DNA of 64,000 nucleotides, from sequence record MZ574431.2, one strand, 5' to 3'. Under the pieces are notes generated by a model, which worked only from the letters and a program-made list of their open reading frames with translations, was not told the DNA's origin and did no database searches. This document shows positions 1 to 9,179 of this stretch, one piece after another (position 1 is the stretch's first letter; every line of letters starts with the position of its first letter). Position numbers and translations under genes: made by a program.

Positions 1-63
1 CTCAACCACGCCAAGAAGAACCGCACCCGCTACGGCAGCCGCAAGATCACCAAGCATACCTGA
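1..63 (+). CDS. 3' end of upstream gene (partial)
   Basis: Frame 1 LNHAKKNRTRYGSRKITKHT*; its TGA overlaps the ATG at 63 (TGATG coupling). Confidence 0.45.
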   Translation, partial: LNHAKKNRTRYGSRKITKHT

Positions 64-503
64 TGAGCACCCTGGCCTACAAAGACGGCGTCCTGGCCGC
101 AGACACTCGCGTCACCGACGGAGGTGTCATTGTCGGCTCGGTGTCCAAAATCCGCCGTGTCGGACCGGTCCTGATCGCTGGCTGCGGGGACCTGCTGGAC
201 TTGGAACGTTTCCACGTCTGGGTGAAGGCGGGCCTGGAGGATGGCTTTGCAGTGGAAGACAGTGAGTGCTGGTTGATCGCACCGGGTCACCCGTTTCTGG
301 TCTTCGAGGCCACGGGCTTTCTGAGCCTGGAGGCGCCGTTTCATGCGGCGGGCTCGGGCGGCAAGTTCGCGCGCGGCGCCCTGTCGATGGGCGCAGATGC
401 GGTTGAGGCGATCCGATGCGCTCAGCAGCACGACACCCTAAGCGGTGGCCCCATCGACGTCCTCTACCTCGACGGCCGCCCCAGTCAACGGCTGGCCAGC
501 TGA
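63..503 (+). CDS. HslV/proteasome-beta-like Ntn-hydrolase
   Basis: N-terminus MSTLAYKDGVLAADTRVT and GSGGKFARGAL match the proteasome-beta/HslV pattern; paralog at 44529. Confidence 0.7.
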   Translation: MSTLAYKDGVLAADTRVTDGGVIVGSVSKIRRVGPVLIAGCGDLLDLERFHVWVKAGLEDGFAVEDSECWLIAPGHPFLVFEATGFLSLEAPFHAAGSGGKFARGALSMGADAVEAIRCAQQHDTLSGGPIDVLYLDGRPSQRLAS

Positions 504-622
504 CTTTGCGGCCTGTGGGCTGCGTTAACCATGTTTGTTTACCCTCTTCGCCGCGTTAACCTTAACAAAATCCCAGGTAGTACCCGGTATGGCCGGTACT
601 ACCGGCGGTATTACCGGAGAAA

Positions 623-1159
623 ATGCCCGTGTTTCGCTATCTGAGCGCCCTTTTCGACCACATCGTCCACTACAAGCTCGCCCCCGCCCACCTGAAGGTG
701 GAGAACCAGTACGCCCTGGAGCGCCTCAAGGCCGTCGACCGCGAAATCGCCGCTGGCCGCTATGAGGGCGCCGACCTCTATGGCTCGCGCTCCTGGACCT
801 TCTGGCGCCTGAGCCCCACCGAGCGGCTCAAGCGCGCCAACAAGGCCATCGAAGGCCGCTATGGCCGCTTCCACGCCGGCGTCAATCTGGCCGCCCCGAT
901 CACCCCGGCCCGTCCTGGCGCGCGCGATCGCCGCGTCCTAGGGCACAACGCCGCCTATGACGCTGATCTGGTCCTGGGCTTTCACGATGCGCGCGAGGCC
1001 GTCGATGTCGCCCCTGCTCGCATCGAGCGCTATCCGCGCTACAGCGAACTGCCCGCGACCCTGCCGGCCCACCTCGACAAGGACAGCTTCCTGGACTCCC
1101 ACCCGGCCGACACCGGCGGGGACCCCTTCGCCACGGCCTCAGGGACCCTGGCCAAATAG
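623..1159 (+). CDS. hypothetical protein
   Basis: 178-aa ORF, GGAG 4 nt before ATG, phage-like codon use. Confidence 0.7.
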   Translation: MPVFRYLSALFDHIVHYKLAPAHLKVENQYALERLKAVDREIAAGRYEGADLYGSRSWTFWRLSPTERLKRANKAIEGRYGRFHAGVNLAAPITPARPGARDRRVLGHNAAYDADLVLGFHDAREAVDVAPARIERYPRYSELPATLPAHLDKDSFLDSHPADTGGDPFATASGTLAK

Positions 1160-1196
1160 CGTCAGGGACCCTGGCCCAAACCGGTCAGGGACCCTG
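1139..1196. repeat. 3 x TCAGGGACCCTG (palindromic core) at exact 23-bp period
   Basis: Copies at 1139-1150, 1162-1173, 1185-1196. Confidence 0.9.
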
Positions 1197-1220
1197 CGAC
1201 TTTTCGTTTCCAAGGCCGCC

Positions 1221-1358
1221 ATGAATTTGCTTCCCATCCTTGCCTTCTGCGCCACCCTGATCGTCCTGACCCTGGTCTGCGCCTCCTTGCGCCTGTTCCG
1301 CGCCCAGGGCGATCTGCACACGCTCGCCCACGATCTGGCCGGCCTACCCCGGTCATAG
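1221..1358 (+). CDS. small membrane protein (45 aa)
   Basis: MNLLPILAFCATLIVLTLVCASLRLF, one hydrophobic helix; AAGG upstream. Confidence 0.5.
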   Translation: MNLLPILAFCATLIVLTLVCASLRLFRAQGDLHTLAHDLAGLPRS

Positions 1359-1967
1359 TTCAGGGCAATCATGACAGGGTTTGATTTCATTGAGGAATTT
1401 CGGCCGCTGTCATCTTTCAGAGTGTTTCACGCATGCCCCGCGCCCTCGAAATCCACCCATTTTGGGCGAAATCGCTCGATCTCCTGATCTGGACCATCGC
1501 CTGGATCATGCTGGCCAAGGACGAGGTGCTCGGACCACCCACCAAGAGGCCGTGGTTGTCAAGACCCGCCTGAAATCGTGTCATAGATGGGCGGATTCGT
1601 GACAGAGTGGGCGAAAATAAACCCAAAAAGCCTACCAAGGCCCTGAAATCACAGCGAGAATCCTATTCTCCGCCGTTTCTGCGGCGATTGGGCCGCCTAT
1701 TCGCCGCATGTCGCCCCCGATGGCGCCGTACCGCAGCGCTTGACACGCCATTCGCCGCCGATTAGACGAAAGGCTCGGGACCGGCGAGGGGATGTCCACC
1801 CTCTCGCGCAGGACCTGCCCTGGAGCTAGGCTTAAGCCGCCTTCTAGCCTCGCGCTCCAGGGGACCTCGTCGAGCGGCAGGCCCCCATGCAGAGCCGCTC
1901 GACCCTGACGCCCGCCCTGGCCGCCCCCCGCGCGCCTCGGCGGGCGTCTTGCATTTGGGACCTTAAC

Positions 1968-2200
1968 TTGACGTCGGATCATTTCCCCCAGGCGCCGGGC
2001 CGGCCGATGTCGACGATCCTCGACATTGACAGGTGTCACCGATCGTCGACTTGACGTCGGATCATTTCGCCCAGACTTGACGCAAGCGCATTTTGCCGGG
2101 CGACTTGACGCGAGCGCATTTTTCAAATTTGACGCGAACGCATTTCGAATTTGACGCGCAAGCATTTCGTTTCCAAACTTGACTTGACGTCATTTCATTT
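1968..2200 (+). repeat. 7 x TTGACG-N6-CATTT iteron-like direct repeats
   Basis: TTGACG at 1968, 2051, 2077, 2105, 2129, 2151, 2184, each followed 6 nt later by CATTT. Confidence 0.85.
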
Positions 2201-2228
2201 CTTGACCTGACCGCGTTCCGATTCCCCT

Positions 2229-2503
2229 GGTTAACGAAGAAGGTTAACGGCCGGTTAACCATTGGGCCGTTAGGGTTAATTTTTAGGGTTAACACCCATG
2301 GTAAACAAACATGGTTAACGCGCCTTAAGGTTAACCGTTAGGGTTAATGCGCGTTAAGGTTAACGCCCTTAGGGTAAAGGGGCCGTTAGGGTTAACGCCC
2401 AGGCCCGCAGCGTTAAGGTTAACCCCGCCAGGGCGCGCGTTAGGGTTAATCCCGAGGCCCTGAGGCGTTAAGGTTAACGAAAAGGGCCAAAAATTAGGGT
2501 TAA
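2229..2503. promoter_or_regulatory. Dense array of GTTA(A/G)GGTTAA(C/T) / GGTTAAC motifs (CtrA half-site-like)
   Basis: More than ten copies in 275 bp of non-coding DNA. Confidence 0.7.
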
Positions 2504-2885
2504 GACGCGGAAAATCGCCCAAAATCGTGGATTTTGGGGTCAAAATGGCCATTTTTAGCGGTTTTTCGGCCGATTTTGGGCCTTCTAGCCCGTTTTTGGG
2601 TTAATTTCGGCGAGTCGCCCGGTTTTGGGTGTGCCCTGAGCGGCGGCGCGCGACCTGTCGTGATCCCAGGTCGCGCGCGGGTCAATGCAGGAGCCAGAGC
2701 AGGAACGCCAGCGTCAGCAGTGACCATCCGTTCAAAAGCTTCAGGCGCTCGCCTCCTTGGTTGCCGTGGCCGCTCGCCACGTTCAGACCCTAGCGCATAA
2801 GAAAAGTGTTGCCAAGCCCAACAATGCAGTTGACAGCATAATTCTGCTATGCGACAAAGGCTCATCGAAACGAGGAGCCGCCCAC

Positions 2886-3026
2886 ATGTGGGAAGTCAAG
2901 ACCTTCAAGACCCGCCTCGCCAAGGAGGCCTGGATCGCCCGCAATGAGGCGCGTTACCAGATCGTCGAGATCGTGGTCGCCAACGCCTACGGCGTCGAAT
3001 TCAAGCCCCTGCGACGCATCGGCTAG
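2886..3026 (+). CDS. hypothetical early protein (46 aa)
   Basis: GAGGAG SD, first gene after promoter 2830. Confidence 0.75.
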   Translation: MWEVKTFKTRLAKEAWIARNEARYQIVEIVVANAYGVEFKPLRRIG

Positions 3027-3045
3027 ACACGAAAGGAAAGCCCCC

Positions 3046-3237
3046 ATGATTCCGCCCGAGGTCCTCAACCCGCGCGACTACTGGACCCCCATCGCCACGC
3101 GTCAGAAAGCCGAGGCCCTCGCCGAACGCTACGCGGTGGACGACTACGAGGCGCCCGGAACCTACACCGTCGAAGAAAAGGGCGCGGCCTTCGCCATCGC
3201 CTATTACGAAGACGGCGAATTCATCGCCTACGTCTAG
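3046..3237 (+). CDS. hypothetical early protein
   Basis: AAGGA SD; followed by terminator. Confidence 0.75.
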   Translation: MIPPEVLNPRDYWTPIATRQKAEALAERYAVDDYEAPGTYTVEEKGAAFAIAYYEDGEFIAYV

Positions 3238-3243
3238 GCCAGA

Positions 3244-3276
3244 CCCGGCGCCCCCTCCCCAGGGCGCCGGGTTTTT
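3244..3276 (+). terminator. intrinsic terminator
   Basis: CCCGGCGCCC/GGGCGCCGGG stem plus T5. Confidence 0.85.
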
Positions 3277-3450
3277 CCTGGCGCCCAGCCGTTAAGGTTA
3301 ACCCGGCGTTAAGGTTAACGCCCCATTAGGGTTAACGCCGCGTTAGGGTTAATCGGCCATTAACCCTCCAGGCGAAAATAGTGCAAGAAAGCGGTTGACT
3401 GCATATCAGGCCTATGCGACAAGAGGGCGTCCCCAACGAGGAGGCCTCTC

Positions 3451-4086
3451 ATGGCTCTGCCGGAACACCTTTTCATCGCCGATCACGGCGACCTCTACGA
3501 TACCAGCGTCGAAGGCTGGAGCGCCAAGGCGCCCCTGCGCCGCGCCTATCGCGTCGCCCTGCCCAAAATCGAGAGCATGGGCCACGTCAAGGCCGCGCTG
3601 CGCTATGGCGACACGACTGACCTGGGCGGCTATCCGCTCTACTTCGTCACGCGCGATGGCGCGGCGCTGTCGTTCGAGAGCGCCCGCAAGATGCTCTATC
3701 AGATCGCGCTCGACTTCCAAGCCGACGCCTCGACCGGCTGGCGCATCGCCGCCGTCCAGATCAACTATGAGGACGGCGACTTGCGTTGCGATCATAGTGG
3801 CGAGCGCATCCCCTGCGCCTACAATGACCCCGAAGTCATGGCCTGGGCGAGCGGCTCCAACGTGTCGGGCTTCATGCCGGACAACGAGCCTTCCCATCAT
3901 GCGACCTGGGAAGAGGCCCGCGACGCGCTCAAGCAAGACATCGAATTCGCGCGCGAGGCCTGCGAGGAGGGGAGCGAGGAGGACGGCCAATTCGCCCACG
4001 TCCTCGACGTCCTGGCCACGCTCCAAGAGGGCGCGGAATTCAACTACGGCGCCAACGGTTACCGTTGGTGGGTCGAAAAGCTCTAG
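3451..4086 (+). CDS. hypothetical early protein
   Basis: GAGG SD after promoter 3395; contains GGYPLYFVTRDG motif. Confidence 0.85.
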   Translation: MALPEHLFIADHGDLYDTSVEGWSAKAPLRRAYRVALPKIESMGHVKAALRYGDTTDLGGYPLYFVTRDGAALSFESARKMLYQIALDFQADASTGWRIAAVQINYEDGDLRCDHSGERIPCAYNDPEVMAWASGSNVSGFMPDNEPSHHATWEEARDALKQDIEFAREACEEGSEEDGQFAHVLDVLATLQEGAEFNYGANGYRWWVEKL

Positions 4087-4100
4087 CGAAAGGAACGCCC

Positions 4101-4247
4101 ATGTTCATCCTGATTGTCGGCAATCCCGTCGATGGCTACGCCTATTATGGTCCCTTCCATGACCATGACGATGCGACCAACTATGCCGAGAACACCGGCA
4201 CGGAAGGAAACCCTTGGTGGGTCGCGCCGCTTGAAGAGGCCGAGTAA
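4101..4247 (+). CDS. hypothetical early protein (48 aa)
   Basis: AAGGA SD, MFILIVGNPVDGY. Confidence 0.75.
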   Translation: MFILIVGNPVDGYAYYGPFHDHDDATNYAENTGTEGNPWWVAPLEEAE

Positions 4248-4284
4248 CCCCGCGATCTAAACCCCCTTTAAGAGGAGACCGCCC

Positions 4285-4587
4285 ATGGGCGCCGACTGTT
4301 TTGTGACCACCGCCAAGGGCAAGAACGCCAAGGAAGCGTTTCGCGACGCCGTGGACGAAGCCCAGTATAAATATGGCCATGGTGGCTATACCGGAACCAT
4401 CGCCGAAAAGCACGAATTCGCCATGGACAAGGGTTTCAAGCCCGACCCCGCGAGCGAAAAGACGGTGATCGAGCAAGCCCAAGACTACGCCTGGACCAAG
4501 GTCGAGGACGAAGACAAATATGGGCCTGCCGTGTGCCTGGACCTGGGCGAAGGTCAATTCCTGTTCTACGGCGTCGCCAAATGCTAG
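4285..4587 (+). CDS. hypothetical early protein
   Basis: GAGGAG SD; YGHGGYTGTIAEK motif. Confidence 0.85.
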   Translation: MGADCFVTTAKGKNAKEAFRDAVDEAQYKYGHGGYTGTIAEKHEFAMDKGFKPDPASEKTVIEQAQDYAWTKVEDEDKYGPAVCLDLGEGQFLFYGVAKC

Positions 4588-4590
4588 GCG

Positions 4591-4617
4591 AGTCCAGGCC
4601 TTCGCGGCCTGGGCTTT
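4591..4617 (+). terminator. probable intrinsic terminator
   Basis: CCAGGCC/GGCCTGG stem then CTTT. Confidence 0.6.
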
Positions 4618-4765
4618 GCCCTCCCGCCGGCGTTAACCTTAACGCGGCATTAGGGTTAACGCCGGCCGCCCAGGCTGTTAACCACCTTGCGAAAATAGTG
4701 CAAGAAAGCTGTTGACTGCATCAAAGCCCCATGCGACAAGAGGTCATCGAAACGGGAGACACCCC

Positions 4766-5317
4766 ATGACCGACAAGACCACCGACCTGCTCTATCCGCA
4801 AACCCTGCTGGCCCAGAACCTGCCGGGTCGCCCCGGCATGCTGCCGGCCTGGATCGTGCTGCGCGACATGGGGCCGAAATCCCATCACCGCTACGTCACC
4901 CATATGCGGCTCGAATATCCGGCCATTGACGAGGCCGGCCCGAAATACGGCTTTGACCATGGCCATTATTTCGCCGACCTGCGCGAGGCGATCGAAGACT
5001 ATAGCCAGCGCTGCGCCGATAAGGTCATGAGCGCCATGCGCCAAGCCTACGACGTACCGCGCGCGCCGGACAAGCCGCGCACCGTGACCCTGCCGCTGGG
5101 CGTGGTCCAGGCCGCCTATGGCCTGATCGACGGCAACACCTTCGACCTCAACGCCGCCACCGAGGACAAGGACTTGGTGAACGCCACCGAGGAGGCGCTT
5201 CGCGAGGCCCTGGGCTCCGATCGCTTTTTCCGCGATGTCGAAGCCGCCTCCAAGGCGCTCGCCGACGCCTACCGCGCCGCCAATCAACCGCCGGCCGAGG
5301 AGACCGCCCATGGCTGA
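4766..5317 (+). CDS. hypothetical early protein
   Basis: GGGAGACACCCC-ATG leader after promoter 4712. Confidence 0.85.
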   Translation: MTDKTTDLLYPQTLLAQNLPGRPGMLPAWIVLRDMGPKSHHRYVTHMRLEYPAIDEAGPKYGFDHGHYFADLREAIEDYSQRCADKVMSAMRQAYDVPRAPDKPRTVTLPLGVVQAAYGLIDGNTFDLNAATEDKDLVNATEEALREALGSDRFFRDVEAASKALADAYRAANQPPAEETAHG

Positions 5318-5825
5318 TTATGAGGCCTATGTGGTCTTGGACAAGCGCCGTCGCCATGTGGCGACGGTGACGTTCAAATTCACCGAAAGCCAAGTGACGG
5401 CCACCGTCGTCACGCCGTGGTCGGCGCCGGAGTCCCTGGCGCGCATCGCCAAGGTCAAGGGCTGGGTGATCGATCAAAACCGGCTCATCGATCCTGCGAC
5501 CGGCAAGGCCGTGGCCTATGTCTCCAAGGTCCAGGAGCAGACCGGCAAGGCCGGCGGCTACGGCTACGACAAGCGCGCCGCCTCGCTCGCCGGCCTCTAT
5601 GTCGATGGCCACGAGATGGGCGACCATTCGTCCAGCCTCGGCGCCCCGAAAAAGCCCAAAGGCGCCGACCTCTACCCGGCCGACTTCACCCCGCCCAAGG
5701 GCTACCGGCTGGCCAACTACCAGAGCGCCACCGAGACCAAGGAAGCCGGCTATATGTCGTGTTTCCGCGAGCAAGGGCTGAACTACCTGACCGCCCTGGG
5801 CTACGACGTTATCCAGGCGCTCTAA
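5310..5825 (+). CDS. hypothetical early protein
   Basis: GAGGAG SD, overlaps previous stop; GKAGGYGYDKRAAS motif. Confidence 0.85.
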   Translation: MADYEAYVVLDKRRRHVATVTFKFTESQVTATVVTPWSAPESLARIAKVKGWVIDQNRLIDPATGKAVAYVSKVQEQTGKAGGYGYDKRAASLAGLYVDGHEMGDHSSSLGAPKKPKGADLYPADFTPPKGYRLANYQSATETKEAGYMSCFREQGLNYLTALGYDVIQAL

Positions 5826-5829
5826 GGCG

Positions 5830-5854
5830 AAGGCCCGCCACACCGGCGGGCTTT
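5830..5854 (+). terminator. intrinsic terminator
   Basis: GCCCGCC/GGCGGGC stem plus TTT. Confidence 0.7.
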
Positions 5855-6040
5855 CTGCTGGCCCTAGGCGTTAACCTTAACCGGGCGTTAGGGTTAACGG
5901 GGCGTAAACAAACATGGTTAACGCGGCCCATGGTCAGCCCAGGCGAAAAGGTGCAAGAAAGCTGTTGACAGCATTTCGACCCCATGCGACAAGGGGGCTC
6001 CAAACAACGCCAACGCCCCAAGCGGGCAGGGAGACACCCC

Positions 6041-6622
6041 ATGGCCCTGGTCACCGAATCCTTCGCCGTCGACATCGACTGCACCCGCGCCCTGACCCCT
6101 GCCGAGCGGCGCGGTCTGGCCGCCGCCATCGCCCATCTGCTGGCCATCAACATCGATAAGGTCGAGCCCGAGCCGGGCGGCTACCTGACCGCCAATATCG
6201 GCCGCGTTCGCCCGGCCGGCATGACCGGCGAGGCCGGCCGCGAGGCGCGGATCAGGACCGAGGCCCTGACCAGCCTCGACCATGACGCCCCGGTCGCCCT
6301 GACCCTGGAGTGTGGCGGCAGCGTCGATGTCATCGCCCGCTTCTACACCATGGCCGACGCCGAAACCTACCTCAACGAAAACCCGGAAATCGACCCGGTG
6401 TCGCTGAACCTGGGCTGCTACGGCATCGACGCCCCCTATGGCGTGGCCAGCGATGCCGACGCTGATAAGCTGCTCTACGACCTGGGCTATCGCCTGCACG
6501 CCACGGCCGGCGGCTCCTGGACCTTCACCGACCCGAAGGGCTATCTCTGGGACGGCGGCGCCAAGCGTGAGGCCGTGGTCATGATCGCCCTGGCGCAAGC
6601 CGCCCAAATCGAGGAGGCGTAA
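6041..6622 (+). CDS. hypothetical early protein
   Basis: GGGAGACACCCC-ATG leader. Confidence 0.85.
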   Translation: MALVTESFAVDIDCTRALTPAERRGLAAAIAHLLAINIDKVEPEPGGYLTANIGRVRPAGMTGEAGREARIRTEALTSLDHDAPVALTLECGGSVDVIARFYTMADAETYLNENPEIDPVSLNLGCYGIDAPYGVASDADADKLLYDLGYRLHATAGGSWTFTDPKGYLWDGGAKREAVVMIALAQAAQIEEA

Positions 6623-6627
6623 ACGCC

Positions 6628-7053
6628 ATGACCCGCTATTCGATCATGGTCGAGGTCCAGACCCTCGCCGACAGCGAAACCCAGGCCCGCAAGGACGTTG
6701 AATTCGCCATCATTGAGGGCCGGTTCCCCGAGCACATGAATTGGATGGTTCGCCAGAGCGCCCCTTGCGCCGGCGAGACCGTCCAGGCCGATGACACCCC
6801 CACCCGCTGGGCGACCTTTGTCGGTCAAGCCTGGGTCCAGGGCCACAGCATGGAGGTGGACGACGCGCGCGTGCGCTACGGGATCACCGACGCCGAATTC
6901 AACGCCAATGGCGGCGATGAGCCCGCCGACTTCGACGCCCTGGCCCAAGCCGCCCGCGCCCCGCAATGGGTCAAGGACTGGTCAGGCCCGTTCGACGTCT
7001 ATATTTCCGACATCGAGGACGGGGAAGACCCCGAGGAAGTGCGCCAGCTATGA
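6628..7053 (+). CDS. hypothetical early protein
   Basis: GGAGG SD, acidic 141 aa. Confidence 0.85.
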   Translation: MTRYSIMVEVQTLADSETQARKDVEFAIIEGRFPEHMNWMVRQSAPCAGETVQADDTPTRWATFVGQAWVQGHSMEVDDARVRYGITDAEFNANGGDEPADFDALAQAARAPQWVKDWSGPFDVYISDIEDGEDPEEVRQL

Positions 7054-7600
7054 AACGCCGCCACAGCCTTTATTTGCTGGTGATCAACACCGGCCCCTGG
7101 TGATCCTCCAGGCGCCGGCCGATTTCCTGCGCTGGGACATCCACCGCGCCGCCATCCTGCGCATGATGCGCCGTGACCATGGCGTCAAGGCCAAGGACGT
7201 TCACGCCATCGAAGGCCTCGCCGGCTCGCCCTACGGCGCCGACGATGACCGCGAGGCCCTGGGCAAGCTCAAGGAAACCTTCGCGGGCCTGCGCCACGGC
7301 TTCGCCGCCTTCCACCTCTACACCTGGGACGGCAAGGACTATCAGCCCTTGCGCGAGCCCCTGACGCGCCCGCAAGGCCTTGTTCGCCTCCTAGGCCCCT
7401 ATCCGCCGCCGAGCGGCGTCTATGGGCCGCACGCGCGCAAGACCGCCTCCCACGTCTATCAGGTCTTCAACGCCGATGGCGTCAAGCTGGTGGGCGGCTC
7501 GTTCGGCCCCGATCCTGACGCGGCCCTGGCCTATGCCCGCGCCCAAGCCGCCGCCAAGGGCTACCCTGACCCGGCGGTCGAGATCGTCACCCCGAATTAA
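7050..7600 (+). pseudogene. hypothetical protein split by an apparent 1-nt deletion in the C-run at 7094-7097
   Basis: ATG 7050 frame stops at 7101-7103; one extra C gives continuous MKRRHSLYLLVINTGPLVILQAPADF...EIVTPN. Confidence 0.6.
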
Positions 7601-7685
7601 ATGCAAGAAAACTGTTGACAGCCTTTCGGGGCCATGCGAGAACAAGGCTCAAGACGAGACAAGAGACAGCCAAGAGGAGGACATC

Positions 7686-7694
7686 ATGAAGTAG
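7686..7694 (+). CDS. Met-Lys-stop minigene
   Basis: AGGAGG-ACATC-ATG AAG TAG directly after promoter 7615; twin at 33972-33980 (-). Confidence 0.55.
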   Translation: MK

Positions 7695-7715
7695 CGACAA
7701 TCTGGAGCACACCTC

Positions 7716-8174
7716 ATGAATGTATTCGTCCGCGACGATCTTTTTCAAACCGATCTCGACGAGTGTGGTGACCCGCTTCTGGGTCGCGTCTTCTACGTCG
7801 TTGTCGAGGATCAGAACGGCGCCCGCATCGCCCACGATCGTTGTTTCTACGATCACCGGCGCGTCACCGATGAGGATGGCTTCGCCTTCTGGCAAGCCCT
7901 CTCTTACGAAGACGTCGCCGCCGAGGAAGCCAAGGCGAAAGCCCTGGCCGCCAAGATCGAGAGCCATCTGGCGCGGGGCGGCGCCCTGGACCCCGAGCAC
8001 TGGCGAGACATCGACCCGTGCTATGGCTCCAAGGCCTATGCCGATCTCGACCGGTTCGGCTACTTCCTGGCCAAGGAACGGGCCGCCGACCGCGATCGAG
8101 GCGAGAACGTCCCTGACAGCCCTTGGGACGGCATCGCCGCCATGGTCGATGGCCCCAACTGGTTCGACCGCTGA
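7716..8174 (+). CDS. hypothetical early protein
   Basis: GGAG SD; 152 aa. Confidence 0.8.
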   Translation: MNVFVRDDLFQTDLDECGDPLLGRVFYVVVEDQNGARIAHDRCFYDHRRVTDEDGFAFWQALSYEDVAAEEAKAKALAAKIESHLARGGALDPEHWRDIDPCYGSKAYADLDRFGYFLAKERAADRDRGENVPDSPWDGIAAMVDGPNWFDR

Positions 8175-8178
8175 TCTT

Positions 8179-8206
8179 AAGGCCTCGCCACCCGGCGGGG
8201 CCTTTT
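8179..8206 (+). terminator. intrinsic terminator
   Basis: GGCCTCGCC/GGCGGGGCC stem plus T4. Confidence 0.7.
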
Positions 8207-8347
8207 GACCACCGCCTGGGCGTTAACCTTAACCGCCCGTTAGGGTTAACCCCGTCGCGCCCGGCGTTAACCCTGTGGCGCAAGAAAGCTGTTGACAGCA
8301 TATCAGCCCCATGCGACAAGAGCCCATCACAACGAAGGAGGTCGCCC

Positions 8348-9025
8348 ATGGGCGCCGGCATTTCAAAGACCGCACTGAACGCCCGCGTTCGGCGCCGCCT
8401 GCAAAACTTCGCCCACGCCAACGGTGGGACCTACGCCAAATATCAGGCCCAAGGCGTCAAGGACGGCCTGCCCTGGACCAAGGGCGTCAACGTACTTCGC
8501 GCCTCCAATGGCGAGACCTTTGGCCTTGACTGCATCGTCATCGGTCAGGGCGAGGCCGCCCGCCCCTACGGCTTTTCCGACCTCGATAGCGCGATCCTGG
8601 CCTATCGCCTGGACGAGGCCGAAACCGGCGCGGCGATCTTCGCGGGCCAGCGCGGCGATTACAAGCGCTTGATCGGCCGGCGTAGCCCGTTCATCCAGAC
8701 CTGGGGCTTTGACTATTGCCTCGCCCTGGAGTTGGACGACGGCGGGTTTACGCTCTTTCGCCCGAACGGGACCATGCTTCCCTTCCGGGGCGAGGCCGCC
8801 GACAGTTGGGCGCGTGAGCTTTGGGTTCTGTTGCCCAAGGTCTACCGCCGCCACGACGAGCGCAAGCCGCTCTATCGCAGCGAGGCGATCGCCCAAGCCC
8901 AGGCCCTGGACCTGTGGGCCAGCCAGTTCGCCGACGAGGATTGGACCACCGCCGGGGATGACTGGCGCGGCAAGCCCGACCACTACAAAGGCCCCCGCAA
9001 CCTGCCCCACGGCGACCCGCTCTAG
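8348..9025 (+). CDS. hypothetical early protein
   Basis: AAGGAGG SD after promoter 8292. Confidence 0.8.
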   Translation: MGAGISKTALNARVRRRLQNFAHANGGTYAKYQAQGVKDGLPWTKGVNVLRASNGETFGLDCIVIGQGEAARPYGFSDLDSAILAYRLDEAETGAAIFAGQRGDYKRLIGRRSPFIQTWGFDYCLALELDDGGFTLFRPNGTMLPFRGEAADSWARELWVLLPKVYRRHDERKPLYRSEAIAQAQALDLWASQFADEDWTTAGDDWRGKPDHYKGPRNLPHGDPL

Positions 9026-9179
9026 CCAGAGGATCACCCAGGCCCCGCGCCTGGGTTCGATCCTTGCCGCGTCCGTTAACCCTAACACGGCGTTAAGGTT
9101 GACAAAAATAAATGCAAGAAAGCTGTTGACAGCATCGAAGCCACATGCGACAAGAGGTCATCGAAACGGGAGACACCCC

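Noticed and set aside
1139-1196. Protelomerase or XerCD dif site
   Set aside because: Palindromes are only 11 bp and lack the dif consensus or a long telRL-type inverted repeat
1360-2800. tRNA or other known ncRNA in the long non-coding zone
   Set aside because: No cloverleaf with T-loop GTTCRA and acceptor stem found here or elsewhere by eye; a tRNAscan/Infernal run would be decisive
7692-7694. Genome-wide amber (TAG) recoding
   Set aside because: TAG ends many clearly complete genes (e.g. 3026, 4086, 15917, 59959, 62148), often just before terminators
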